From: Moraxellaceae bacterium AER2_44_116
GTDB lineage: Bacteria; Pseudomonadota; Gammaproteobacteria; Pseudomonadales; Moraxellaceae
DNA: 24,000 bases
Reading direction: 5' to 3'
Assembly: GCA_006546595.1 (NCBI GenBank)
Contig: VIAD01000007.1
Span: 146,853-170,852 of the forward strand
The notes beneath the pieces were generated by a model. It worked only from the letters and a program-made list of their open reading frames with translations. It was not told the DNA's origin and searched no databases. Positions 7,621 through 15,413 of this stretch are shown piece by piece. A program made the position numbers and the translations under genes. Each line of letters begins with the position of its first letter. Position 1 is the first letter of the stretch.

Positions 7621-8834
7621 ACTAGCTCTTTTACAGCAATAGACTCATCGACCAATCGGCTAGGCTCAATCACAATACCCTCTGTGATTATTTTTTTACT
7701 TAGCATAAATTCTTGTGGTCGGTTAATGCAGTCTGCTGCAATTAAACGCCCTTCTTTGAAATAAAAAGCAGCAAAACTACGACTGGCCAGTTTATCGCCA
7801 CGAATGACAACATGGTCATAACCTTGGCTTAAGCCAGCAATTTGTAATTTTAGATCGTATTGATCCGACCAAAACCACGGCAAGCTTTTGTATGCTTTCG
7901 TCAAGCCACACAGCGTAGCCGCCGCTGTTTTACCCTGCTCGCTCGCATTGGGAACGGATTCCAAACGCATTCTACGGCCATAAATCGCATTAAAGTGATT
8001 AGCACAGTCGCCCGCTGCAACAACATTGGAGTCGTTGGTACGGCAAAACTCATCAACAATAATACCATTATCGACTTCAATACCCTCCTCCTGAGCCAAT
8101 TCAACATTGGGTAATACACCTACGCCAATAATCACTAAATCCGCAGGAAACTCTACACCATTAGCACACAGCACTTTTTCTGCACGTCCGTCGCCAGTAA
8201 TTGCCTTAACTGAGATACCTGTATGAATTTTTACACCTTCTTCACGGTGAATACGGGTATAAAACTCAGATAGCTCAGGTGCGGTGACCCGTTGCAAAAT
8301 TCTGTCGGCCATTTCTAGCACTACCACATCCATACCCTGCTTTCTTAGTGCAGCCGCCGTTTCTAAGCCAATATAACCGCCACCAATAATCACCGCTCGT
8401 TTGTCTTTGGCAACATAGGGCTGAATGCCTGTCACATCGGCAATGTTTCGCAAATAATGAACGCCCGCTAGCTCTTCACCGACAATAGCTGCTTTTCTGA
8501 CGCGAGCGCCCATGCACAACGCGAGTTTGTCATAGGCAAGTTGCGTGCCGTCGTCGAGCGTGAGTATTTGTTGCACTCGATTGATAGCCGTCACCCGACC
8601 TTGCTTAAACTGGATGTTATTTTTTTCATAAAATGCCGCAGGACGAATCAGTAAATCATCAACAGTTTTTTCACCCGCCAAAAATGTTTTAGACAAAGGT
8701 GGGCGATGATAAGGCAGATAAGGCTCGTCACCGATGACCAAAATATCACCGTCCCAACCCTCCTGACGCAAGCTGGTTGTCAGTTGCGCCGCCGCATGAC
8801 TTGCACCAATAATAATGGCTATTTTGTTGGTCAT
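7617..8834 (-). CDS. FAD-dependent NAD(P)H:ferredoxin/rubredoxin reductase (putidaredoxin-reductase type), likely P450 electron transfer partner
   Basis: 405 aa. IIIGASHAAAQLTTSLRQEGWDGDILVIGDEPYLPYHRPPLSK, VIIGGGYIGLETAAALRKQG, and VVAAGDCANHFN. Confidence 0.93.
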   Translation of the reverse strand: MTNKIAIIIGASHAAAQLTTSLRQEGWDGDILVIGDEPYLPYHRPPLSKTFLAGEKTVDDLLIRPAAFYEKNNIQFKQGRVTAINRVQQILTLDDGTQLAYDKLALCMGARVRKAAIVGEELAGVHYLRNIADVTGIQPYVAKDKRAVIIGGGYIGLETAAALRKQGMDVVVLEMADRILQRVTAPELSEFYTRIHREEGVKIHTGISVKAITGDGRAEKVLCANGVEFPADLVIIGVGVLPNVELAQEEGIEVDNGIIVDEFCRTNDSNVVAAGDCANHFNAIYGRRMRLESVPNASEQGKTAAATLCGLTKAYKSLPWFWSDQYDLKLQIAGLSQGYDHVVIRGDKLASRSFAAFYFKEGRLIAADCINRPQEFMLSKKIITEGIVIEPSRLVDESIAVKELV

Positions 8835-8930
8835 AGGGAATTATCCTGTATCTTCTGAACTGAGCTGAAACACATTGATTGCATGTAACTCATGTTAAAT
8901 CCTGATGCTTTTTATTGGCTTACCTGACAT

Positions 8931-9752
8931 TCACTTAAATTCAAACTGAATATTATCATCAAGCCCATGAGTTTTAACGTAACGCTCTAGCCCCAGTATT
9001 GAGCTATAGGGTGCATTACGCATCATAAAATTGATAGCCCATGCAGGTAAATCTTCACCAGGGTTTACATAACCTTCTAAGTCAAGCTTGATTGATTCAT
9101 TACTGAGTGGTGTGATTTCAATTTTAAACGTAAATTCCTGCGCACGAATCACACCCCGTACTTTCGGAATATAGTCGGGTAATGCATTAAAACGAAGCAC
9201 CAATTTTCCTGTTTGTTTTGAATATGGCTCAATCACAGCACGCAATACCGTATCTCGATCTGGAAATGGTGTTGGCACATTCACCTTTAGATAAAAAAGA
9301 GACTCTCTTGAAGAAACTTTTTTGAGTAGTTTTGAATCCAAACACTCCCAAAACCATCGCTTCCAACTATCACCACCCACTAGCGCCATTGCTGTTTGTT
9401 CCATAGGCACTTTGATAGTGGCTTCTATCTTGAATGTACGGGTATGCTTGCCTTCTTCTTGTTTATACCATGCCTGAATGCCGCGTCGTTTATCATTTTT
9501 AGATTGTATCCAAATATCTTTTTGCCCTTTTTCTTGAAGATAATCCAGATCATTATCATCAGATGCTGCATTAGCAACTCCTACCCACAAAACAAGCATT
9601 AGCTTTAGAACAAGATGACAATAACGACGTTGGTAATCACCAAAAATGTCATAGAGAGACGTTTGCAGTGAGTGCTTACGTTCAAAACCGAGACACTGAA
9701 TCATGGACATACCCGTTAAATTGATAAAAAATTTCCCACATAAGGAATACAA
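8931..9752 (-). CDS. START-domain-like protein, probably exported (annotated N-terminus likely over-extended)
   Basis: Sequence such as RDTVLRAVIEPYSKQTGKLVLRFNALPDYIPKVRGVIRAQEFTFKIEITPLSNESIKLDLEGYVNPGEDLPAWAINFMMRNAPYSSILGLERYV fits the START/lipid-binding fold. KLMLVLWVGVANAASDD looks like a signal peptide. Confidence 0.65.
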   Translation of the reverse strand: MYSLCGKFFINLTGMSMIQCLGFERKHSLQTSLYDIFGDYQRRYCHLVLKLMLVLWVGVANAASDDNDLDYLQEKGQKDIWIQSKNDKRRGIQAWYKQEEGKHTRTFKIEATIKVPMEQTAMALVGGDSWKRWFWECLDSKLLKKVSSRESLFYLKVNVPTPFPDRDTVLRAVIEPYSKQTGKLVLRFNALPDYIPKVRGVIRAQEFTFKIEITPLSNESIKLDLEGYVNPGEDLPAWAINFMMRNAPYSSILGLERYVKTHGLDDNIQFEFK

Positions 9753-9795
9753 CGCTACGTAACATTCGTTTATTTGGGTTACGCAGCGTGTACAT

Positions 9796-11286
9796 TTATG
9801 CTTTAGCGGTAAGTTTTACCATCATCTTGGCATAACCTCTAACAAAGTTAGACTGAACAATTTCAGGCTCGCTCAACACTTCGATGTTGTCAAAACGTGC
9901 TAACAACTCTTCCCACAAGATACGCAATTGCAATTCAGCTAAACGATTACCCATACAACGATGGACACCAAAGCCAAAGGACAAATGATTACGCGCACCT
10001 TTACGGTCAATAATAAAATCGTCAGGGTTTTCAATGGCGCGTTCGTCACGATTACCTGAGACATACCACATCACCACTTTATCGCCTTTTTTAATCAGTT
10101 GACCATTTAGCTCAACATCTTGTTTGGCAATACGGCGCATATAAGCTAACGGGGTTTGCCAACGAATAATCTCTGACACCATATTGGGAATGACACTTGG
10201 GTTCTTTTTAAGTTTAGTAAATTCATTGGGAAACAAATTCAACGCATAAACACCGCCAGACATGGAGTTACGCGTGGTGTCATTACCACCCACAATTAAC
10301 AAAGCCAGATTACCCATAAACTCCATCGGCTTTTTAATTAAGTCTTCGGTATCTTTAGAATAAACCAGCATACTCATCACATCGTAGCCCATTGGTACGC
10401 CTGCGGCTTTTTGCGCGGCTTTTTTATACCAAAGCTCGGAGAATTGTTTGGTCATCTCAAAAGCAGCGTTATAAAACTCATCATTGCTACTACCCGGCCC
10501 ACCTGTCGCTTGTGGACTGCCTGCAATAATGTCCGACCAATAAACCAACTGATGACGTTGTTCGTAAGGAAAATCAAATAATGTGGCTAACATGCGCGTC
10601 GTCAATTCAATAGATACGTTTTCTACCCAATCAAAAGGCTTATTGACAGGCAACGCGTCTAAAACTTCTTGGGTGCGAGAACGAATCAAGCCTTCTAACT
10701 CTTTTAAGTTTTTAGGGGCAACCACATCTTGCACCGCCTGACGCTGTTTATCATGCTTGGGTGGATCCATAGCAATAAACATTTCTGCGGGTAAACCTTC
10801 GGGTGTTTGACCAATAATAATCGCAGGTTCGGCAGAAAATAAGTCATGGTTTTTATCTACAAAAACAATATCTTCGTAACGAGTCACCGACCAAAACGCC
10901 CCAAATGGACTATTTTTTTGATAGTGAACAGGACACTCATCACGTAAGCGCTTAAAGTAGGGATTTACTTGATGTTGTCGATATAAAAACGGATTACTGA
11001 CATCAATGTCTTCTAGTTTTACGGTTGACACATCGGGAATTGGCTGTTCAATAAACTCCTCAAACGGTTTGGTTTGCAATACCTTATGTTTTACCGTTTG
11101 AAAAATCTGCACGCCTTTCACTAGCATAGGAATAGGCACATTCGCCGATACTTTTTCGACCACAAAGTTTGAAGCCTTTTCAATAGCAGGTACTTTTTCT
11201 AGCTCGGTAATAACCGAAGATGCTTTTTCAATAGCAGATGTTAAGAGGCTCATAATTTTCACCAAATCATCTAGACGTTTTTTCAA
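9796..11286 (-). CDS. cyp153: Cytochrome P450, CYP153-type alkane/fatty acid terminal hydroxylase
   Basis: 496 aa. I-helix GGNDTTRNSMSGG, ExxR (EIIR), and heme-binding FGFGVHRCMGNRLAELQLRILWEEL. These match the CYP153 family, and ferredoxin and reductase partner genes are adjacent. Confidence 0.9.
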   Translation of the reverse strand: MKKRLDDLVKIMSLLTSAIEKASSVITELEKVPAIEKASNFVVEKVSANVPIPMLVKGVQIFQTVKHKVLQTKPFEEFIEQPIPDVSTVKLEDIDVSNPFLYRQHQVNPYFKRLRDECPVHYQKNSPFGAFWSVTRYEDIVFVDKNHDLFSAEPAIIIGQTPEGLPAEMFIAMDPPKHDKQRQAVQDVVAPKNLKELEGLIRSRTQEVLDALPVNKPFDWVENVSIELTTRMLATLFDFPYEQRHQLVYWSDIIAGSPQATGGPGSSNDEFYNAAFEMTKQFSELWYKKAAQKAAGVPMGYDVMSMLVYSKDTEDLIKKPMEFMGNLALLIVGGNDTTRNSMSGGVYALNLFPNEFTKLKKNPSVIPNMVSEIIRWQTPLAYMRRIAKQDVELNGQLIKKGDKVVMWYVSGNRDERAIENPDDFIIDRKGARNHLSFGFGVHRCMGNRLAELQLRILWEELLARFDNIEVLSEPEIVQSNFVRGYAKMMVKLTAKA

Positions 11287-11330
11287 TTACTTTTATCAAG
11301 TAACTGCTTGTTATATTGATGCTTTTTGCA

Positions 11331-11651
11331 TCACATTTGAAACTCTGGTAAATGCACGATCATGCCATTCATGGCATCTGATGCTTTAATTTGGCAAGAA
11401 AGACGGGATGTTGGTGTTTTTTCGGGGGTCATTTCGAGCATTTGTAACTCATCGGGATTGATGCTGCCCGCCGCTTTTATCCATTGGCTATCAACAATGA
11501 CATGACACGTTCCACAGGCGCACGCACCACCACAATCGGCATCAATACCTGGTACGCCATTATCCATCGCTATCTGCATCAAGGACTTGCCCACTTCAAG
11601 CTCAACCTGATGTTGTTTGCCATCATGCTCTACAAACGTAATATTGCCCAT
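11331..11651 (-). CDS. [2Fe-2S] ferredoxin, adrenodoxin/putidaredoxin type
   Basis: 106 aa with the cluster motif CGGACACGTCHV and a distal Cys (RLSCQI). Confidence 0.95.
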   Translation of the reverse strand: MGNITFVEHDGKQHQVELEVGKSLMQIAMDNGVPGIDADCGGACACGTCHVIVDSQWIKAAGSINPDELQMLEMTPEKTPTSRLSCQIKASDAMNGMIVHLPEFQM

Positions 11652-11751
11652 GAATCTATCTCCCGTGTTGAATTGAACACACTAATGACTTTTAGAAATA
11701 TCAGCGTGCAACTTAGTCATCTTAGAATAGGATGATACCAAGCGTTATGAC

Positions 11752-11788
11752 AGGTCATTTCTTGACAAATAGAGGTCATTAAAAGACA
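11752..11788. promoter_or_regulatory. Candidate AraC/XylS-type operator: two direct repeats AGGTCATTNNNNGACA with 21-bp period
   Basis: AGGTCATTTCTTGACA (11752-11767) and AGGTCATTAAAAGACA (11773-11788), in the divergent region between the [2Fe-2S] ferredoxin and the AraC regulator. Confidence 0.6.
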
Positions 11789-11816
11789 CTGATAGAATTT
11801 ACATGGAGCAATTAAG

Positions 11817-12893
11817 ATGTCTGACGCACATTATTTTGCCGAAGATATTGCCAATATCCCTTCCAATTACTCGCGTATTATTGGTCGTGAGCTAGGTTTA
11901 CAAATTCGAGACTTGCCTAAATTATTAAAATTTACCCAATTAAGCCCTGAGCAGTTTTTGCAAGAAGACATTTTGCTCACTACACGACAGCAAATTCAAA
12001 TCCTTAATAACGCGTTGCAACTGTCACCTCATCAAGATTTTGGTTTACGTTTAGGTCGTCACCTAACACCTGCTACACATGGCGCAATGGGCTTTTTGGT
12101 CAATAGCAGCCCTAATTTGATGATGGCGTTACAAGCATTTCAGAGTTTTGTGCCAACCAGAATGAGCTTTACGCGCTTAAATTTTCAAACTAAGCAAGAT
12201 TGGGTTGAATGTGAGATTAAGTTTGACGCGGTCTTAAATGCGGAAGTTTATCGCAGCCTATTAGAATGTTGTTTAATGGTCTTTGTCGCGTGTGCCGAGT
12301 TTATTATTGGTCGTCCCTTAACTGAGGCTCATATTGATTTTAGCTTCGCGAAGCCCAGCTATAGCCATGTGTATAGCGATTATTTTGCAGGGAGTTACCA
12401 ATTTTCAGCATCACATTCAAGCATCAAAATCCCTTTAGACATTTGTCATATTGTCAATGTCTCAGCAAACCATGAAAACTATGTTTTAGCGATGAAACAA
12501 TGTGAAATCATGTTGTCACAATTAAAATCACACAAATGTAGCACCACCTACCAATTACAAAAAATGATGCTATCGCAACCCTTAGGCACACTCAGCGAAG
12601 AAGATGCTGCGGCCGCACTCTTTATTAGCAAACGCACGCTTGCACGCCGTTTAGAAAAAGAAGGCAGTAGCTATACAGATATTCGTGAAAAATTGCTATC
12701 AGAACAAGCCAGTAGCTATTTGCGTGACAGTCAAATGTCGGTAGAAGCCATTGCCTTGCTACTAAACTACCATGACAGTGCTAATTTTCGCCGCGCTTTT
12801 AAACGTTGGCGAAATCTTTCTCCCACACAATACCGCGAGCAGTTTACCAAAGAGGCTTCGACTCCTCTCAGCCAGCATAAAAATGTACTCTGA
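11817..12893 (+). CDS. AraC-family transcriptional regulator (Arabinose_bd / OruR-type N-terminus)
   Basis: 358 aa. C-terminal HTH LGTLSEEDAAAALFISKRTLARRLEKEGSSYTDIREKLLSEQASSYLRDSQMSVEAIALLLNYHDSANFRRAFKRWRNLSPTQYR. Confidence 0.92.
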   Translation: MSDAHYFAEDIANIPSNYSRIIGRELGLQIRDLPKLLKFTQLSPEQFLQEDILLTTRQQIQILNNALQLSPHQDFGLRLGRHLTPATHGAMGFLVNSSPNLMMALQAFQSFVPTRMSFTRLNFQTKQDWVECEIKFDAVLNAEVYRSLLECCLMVFVACAEFIIGRPLTEAHIDFSFAKPSYSHVYSDYFAGSYQFSASHSSIKIPLDICHIVNVSANHENYVLAMKQCEIMLSQLKSHKCSTTYQLQKMMLSQPLGTLSEEDAAAALFISKRTLARRLEKEGSSYTDIREKLLSEQASSYLRDSQMSVEAIALLLNYHDSANFRRAFKRWRNLSPTQYREQFTKEASTPLSQHKNVL

Positions 12894-12904
12894 GCGGAGT
12901 CGAA
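12857..12904 (-). repeat. 48-bp inverted-repeat element, copy 1 (15-bp arms, 18-nt spacer)
   Basis: TTCGACTCCTCTCAG-N18-CTGAGCGGAGTCGAA, arms with one mismatch. It overlaps the end of the AraC-family CDS. Confidence 0.75.
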
Positions 12905-13001
12905 TGGCTAGATAAGTTAATACAACAGAATCTTGATAACGCATCATCATTTTTACCGCCACGCTTGCCATGCACACAAAATAAGCATATTTTAAATAGC
13001 A

Positions 13002-13033
13002 ATATTTCAATAATTGTTGAATAGTTGAAATAT
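13002..13033. promoter_or_regulatory. Candidate ArsR/SmtB-family operator
   Basis: ATATTTCAA-N14-TTGAAATAT (perfect 9-bp arms) with nested TTCAA-N6-TTGAA (13006-13021), overlapping the ArsR start codon. Confidence 0.5.
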
Positions 13034-13403
13034 GAATTCTATTAACGCAGCCCTGATTTTTGAATGTCTTTCCTATAGCGTCAGACTCGACATATATCGC
13101 TTATTGGTTAAAAAAAGCATAGAAGGCATGGTCGCGGGCGAAATTGCCGCTACCCTCTCCATCCCTGCAAGCAATTTATCGTTTCACTTAAAAACACTGA
13201 CACAAGCAACATTACTTAACGTTGAGCAAGAAGGACGCTTTTTACGTTACAAAGCTAACTTAGCGTTAATGCTAGATGTCATCGCTTATTTAACCGAAGA
13301 ATGTTGTGCTAATCATCCTGAACATTGTGCCAATTTACGTTCGGCTTCAAATTGTCGCCCAGAGGTGCTACCACCGCTTGTTACCGACAGGGAAACACCA
13401 TGA
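13032..13403 (+). CDS. arsR: ArsR-family metalloregulator
   Basis: 123 aa winged-helix: EIAATLSIPASNLSFHLKTLTQATLLNVEQEGRFLRYKAN. Cys-rich C-terminus ECCANHPEHCANLRSASNC. Confidence 0.85.
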   Translation: MNSINAALIFECLSYSVRLDIYRLLVKKSIEGMVAGEIAATLSIPASNLSFHLKTLTQATLLNVEQEGRFLRYKANLALMLDVIAYLTEECCANHPEHCANLRSASNCRPEVLPPLVTDRETP

Positions 13404-14473
13404 ACCACACCAACTCCTCCGACATTCGCCACTCATGGTTTGAAGCCTTGCAAAAGTGGCCAAAACAGCAGCCTCATATTTTTCTTGTTATTGCTGTTTG
13501 TGTTTGGTTTGCTTTATACCAAAGCCTTATACCGCTGGCCGAAATGATAGTGGCGTGGTTGCCTGTTGATAGAGCAAGTCATTTGGGTGGGGCATTGCAG
13601 TTCTTTTTTTTTGATACGCCTAAAGTGTTGTTATTACTGACAGGTATTGTTTTTGTCATGGGCATGGTCAACTCGTGGTTTACGCCTGAGCGGACTCGCG
13701 CTTTATTGGCTGGACGTAGTGAAGGCGTTGCCAATGTCATGGCGGCCTCACTCGGTATTGTCACGCCTTTTTGCTCGTGTTCAGCCGTGCCTTTATTTAT
13801 TGGTTTTGTGCAAGCAGGCGTGCCATTAGGTGTCACTTTTTCCTTTCTTATTTCTGCGCCCATGGTCAATGAAGTCGCATTGACGCTATTGCTGAGTATG
13901 TTTGGTTGGCAAGTCGCCTTGCTGTATTTAGGCTTAGGTTTGGCCGTGGCTATTGTCTCAGGCTGGATAATTGGTCGGTTAAAGATGGAGATGTATTTAG
14001 AAGATTGGGTACGCAATATGCCGCATGTTGACCCGAATTTGACGCTCGATAGTATTCCCCTCAGTGAGCGTATTGCTGCGGGCTTTGCCAGTGTTCGTGA
14101 AATTGTTGGCAAAGTATGGCCTTATATTTTGGCGGGCATTGCCATCGGTGCACTGATACACGGTTATGTACCTGCCGATTTTATGGCCTCAATCATGGGT
14201 AAAGAAGCATGGTGGGCGGTGCCTGCGGCCATTTTGATCGGCATACCAATGTACACCAATGCCGCAGGCGTGATTCCTATTGTTCAAGCATTATTAGCCA
14301 AAGGTGCTGCATTAGGCACAGTGTTGGCATTTATGATGAGTGTGATTGCCTTGTCACTTCCCGAAACTATTATTTTGCGTAAAGTGCTTAAACCACGTTT
14401 GATTATTACCTTTGTTTCGATTGTGGCAACAGGTATTTTAATTGTCGGTTATGTTTTTAACTGGGTGTTATAA
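13400..14473 (+). CDS. Permease of the UPF0718/ArsP-like family (SO_0444-type)
   Basis: The ATG at 13400 overlaps the ArsR stop by 4 nt. Multiple TM segments and the motif GIVTPFCSCSAVPLFIGFVQAGVPLGVTFSFLISAPMVNE. The ORF track start at 13325 is a spurious upstream extension. Confidence 0.88.
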   Translation: MNHTNSSDIRHSWFEALQKWPKQQPHIFLVIAVCVWFALYQSLIPLAEMIVAWLPVDRASHLGGALQFFFFDTPKVLLLLTGIVFVMGMVNSWFTPERTRALLAGRSEGVANVMAASLGIVTPFCSCSAVPLFIGFVQAGVPLGVTFSFLISAPMVNEVALTLLLSMFGWQVALLYLGLGLAVAIVSGWIIGRLKMEMYLEDWVRNMPHVDPNLTLDSIPLSERIAAGFASVREIVGKVWPYILAGIAIGALIHGYVPADFMASIMGKEAWWAVPAAILIGIPMYTNAAGVIPIVQALLAKGAALGTVLAFMMSVIALSLPETIILRKVLKPRLIITFVSIVATGILIVGYVFNWVL

Positions 14474-14485
14474 CCTCGGAGAGAG

Positions 14486-14725
14486 ATGATGAAAGAGATA
14501 AAAGTCTTAGGCACAGGTTGTGCTAATTGCAAAGCGACCATTACTTTAATTGAGCAGGTAGCTAGTGTTAAAGCCACTCCCATTAAGTTAGAAAAAGTCC
14601 AAGAAATGCAAGATATTATCAGTTACGGCGTGATGTCTACACCTGCTGTGGTAATTGATGGCAAAGTCGTTCATGCGGGTGGAGTGCCAAGCCGAGACAA
14701 AATTAATAGCTGGTTTAGCGTCTAA
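14486..14725 (+). CDS. Small thioredoxin-like redox-active disulfide protein
   Basis: 79 aa with a CANC active-site-like motif (LGTGCANCKATI) and cis-Pro-like MSTPAVVIDGKVVHAG. Confidence 0.85.
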   Translation: MMKEIKVLGTGCANCKATITLIEQVASVKATPIKLEKVQEMQDIISYGVMSTPAVVIDGKVVHAGGVPSRDKINSWFSV

Positions 14726-14737
14726 GTTGAACAAATA

Positions 14738-14834
14738 GGACTTACGCATTTTGCCAAAATTAGCGCGTTTTGTGAGCATAAAGGCATTGAAAATGCCTGA
14801 AATGTGAACAAATAAGCGATAACCGCGTAAGTCC
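14738..14834 (+). repeat. Structured 97-bp element, copy A (terminal inverted repeats plus internal hairpins)
   Basis: GGACTTACGC...GCGTAAGTCC flanked by TA on both sides. Internal hairpins ATTTTGCCAAAAT and AGGCATTGAAAATGCCT. The remaining sequence is nearly identical to 21349-21445. Confidence 0.88.
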
Positions 14835-14855
14835 TAACAAAAAGAGAGTCCGCAC

Positions 14856-15278
14856 ATGACCAGCGAAAAACCTAAAATGACTTTTCATGTTCACGCTCAT
14901 CGGGTGGATGCCCACGGTAGTCAAGCTCGGTGTAAAGCGGCAAATCTAAGCATTGACACGGATTTAGCAGGCCGTGCCGATGCGTTTAATCCTGCCGAGT
15001 TATTATTGGCGGCCTTAGCGGCTTGCATTATTAAAGGCATAGAGCGCGTAACACCAATATTGCACTTTCAATTAAATGGCGTTGAAGTCAATATCACGGG
15101 CATACGCCAAGATACTCCGCCAAAAATGGAGTCGATTAGCTATGAGATTATTGTTGACACTTCTGAAAATGACCATCGTTTAGCGTTGCTTCATGACAAT
15201 ATCAAAAAGTACGGCACTGTTTTTAATACCATCGTCACGGGAACGGCACTCTCAGGCATTATGCGGAGAGCCAATTAG
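14856..15278 (+). CDS. OsmC/Ohr-family protein
   Basis: 140 aa. FNPAELLLAALAACIIKGIERV is the OsmC active-site Cys region, and the C-terminal part also fits. Confidence 0.82.
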   Translation: MTSEKPKMTFHVHAHRVDAHGSQARCKAANLSIDTDLAGRADAFNPAELLLAALAACIIKGIERVTPILHFQLNGVEVNITGIRQDTPPKMESISYEIIVDTSENDHRLALLHDNIKKYGTVFNTIVTGTALSGIMRRAN

Positions 15279-15295
15279 GTTCGCTTAATCAACCC

Positions 15296-15343
15296 TTAGA
15301 CTCCGCTCAGGGAGCGTTTTTGCGCTAACTGAGCGGAGTTGAG
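15296..15343 (+). repeat. 48-bp inverted-repeat element, copy 2
   Basis: ACTCCGCTCAG (15300-15310) N18 CTGAGCGGAGT (15329-15339), followed by a further partial unit TTGAGCGAAGTCGAA (15348-15362). Confidence 0.75.
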
Positions 15344-15413
15344 GTGGTTGAGCGAAGTCGAATCCAAGCCTATAAAACCGCTTAACTGACCTGCATTCCC
15401 CCAACCACACGTT

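Noticed and set aside
13325-13399. N-terminal extension of the permease ORF (MCQFTFGFKLSPRG...)
   Set aside because: It overlaps the ArsR coding region out of frame. The ATG at 13400 gives the usual 4-nt ATGA coupling and a normal permease N-terminus.
13579-14112. 177-aa minus-strand ORF inside the permease gene
   Set aside because: Low-complexity, Thr/Pro/Lys-rich translation lying antisense to a well-supported membrane protein; most likely a spurious open frame.
14738-14834. CRISPR-like or tandem repeat array interpretation of the 97-bp element
   Set aside because: The copies are single, dispersed units about 6.6 and 9.8 kb apart, with no spacers and no cas genes in the window.
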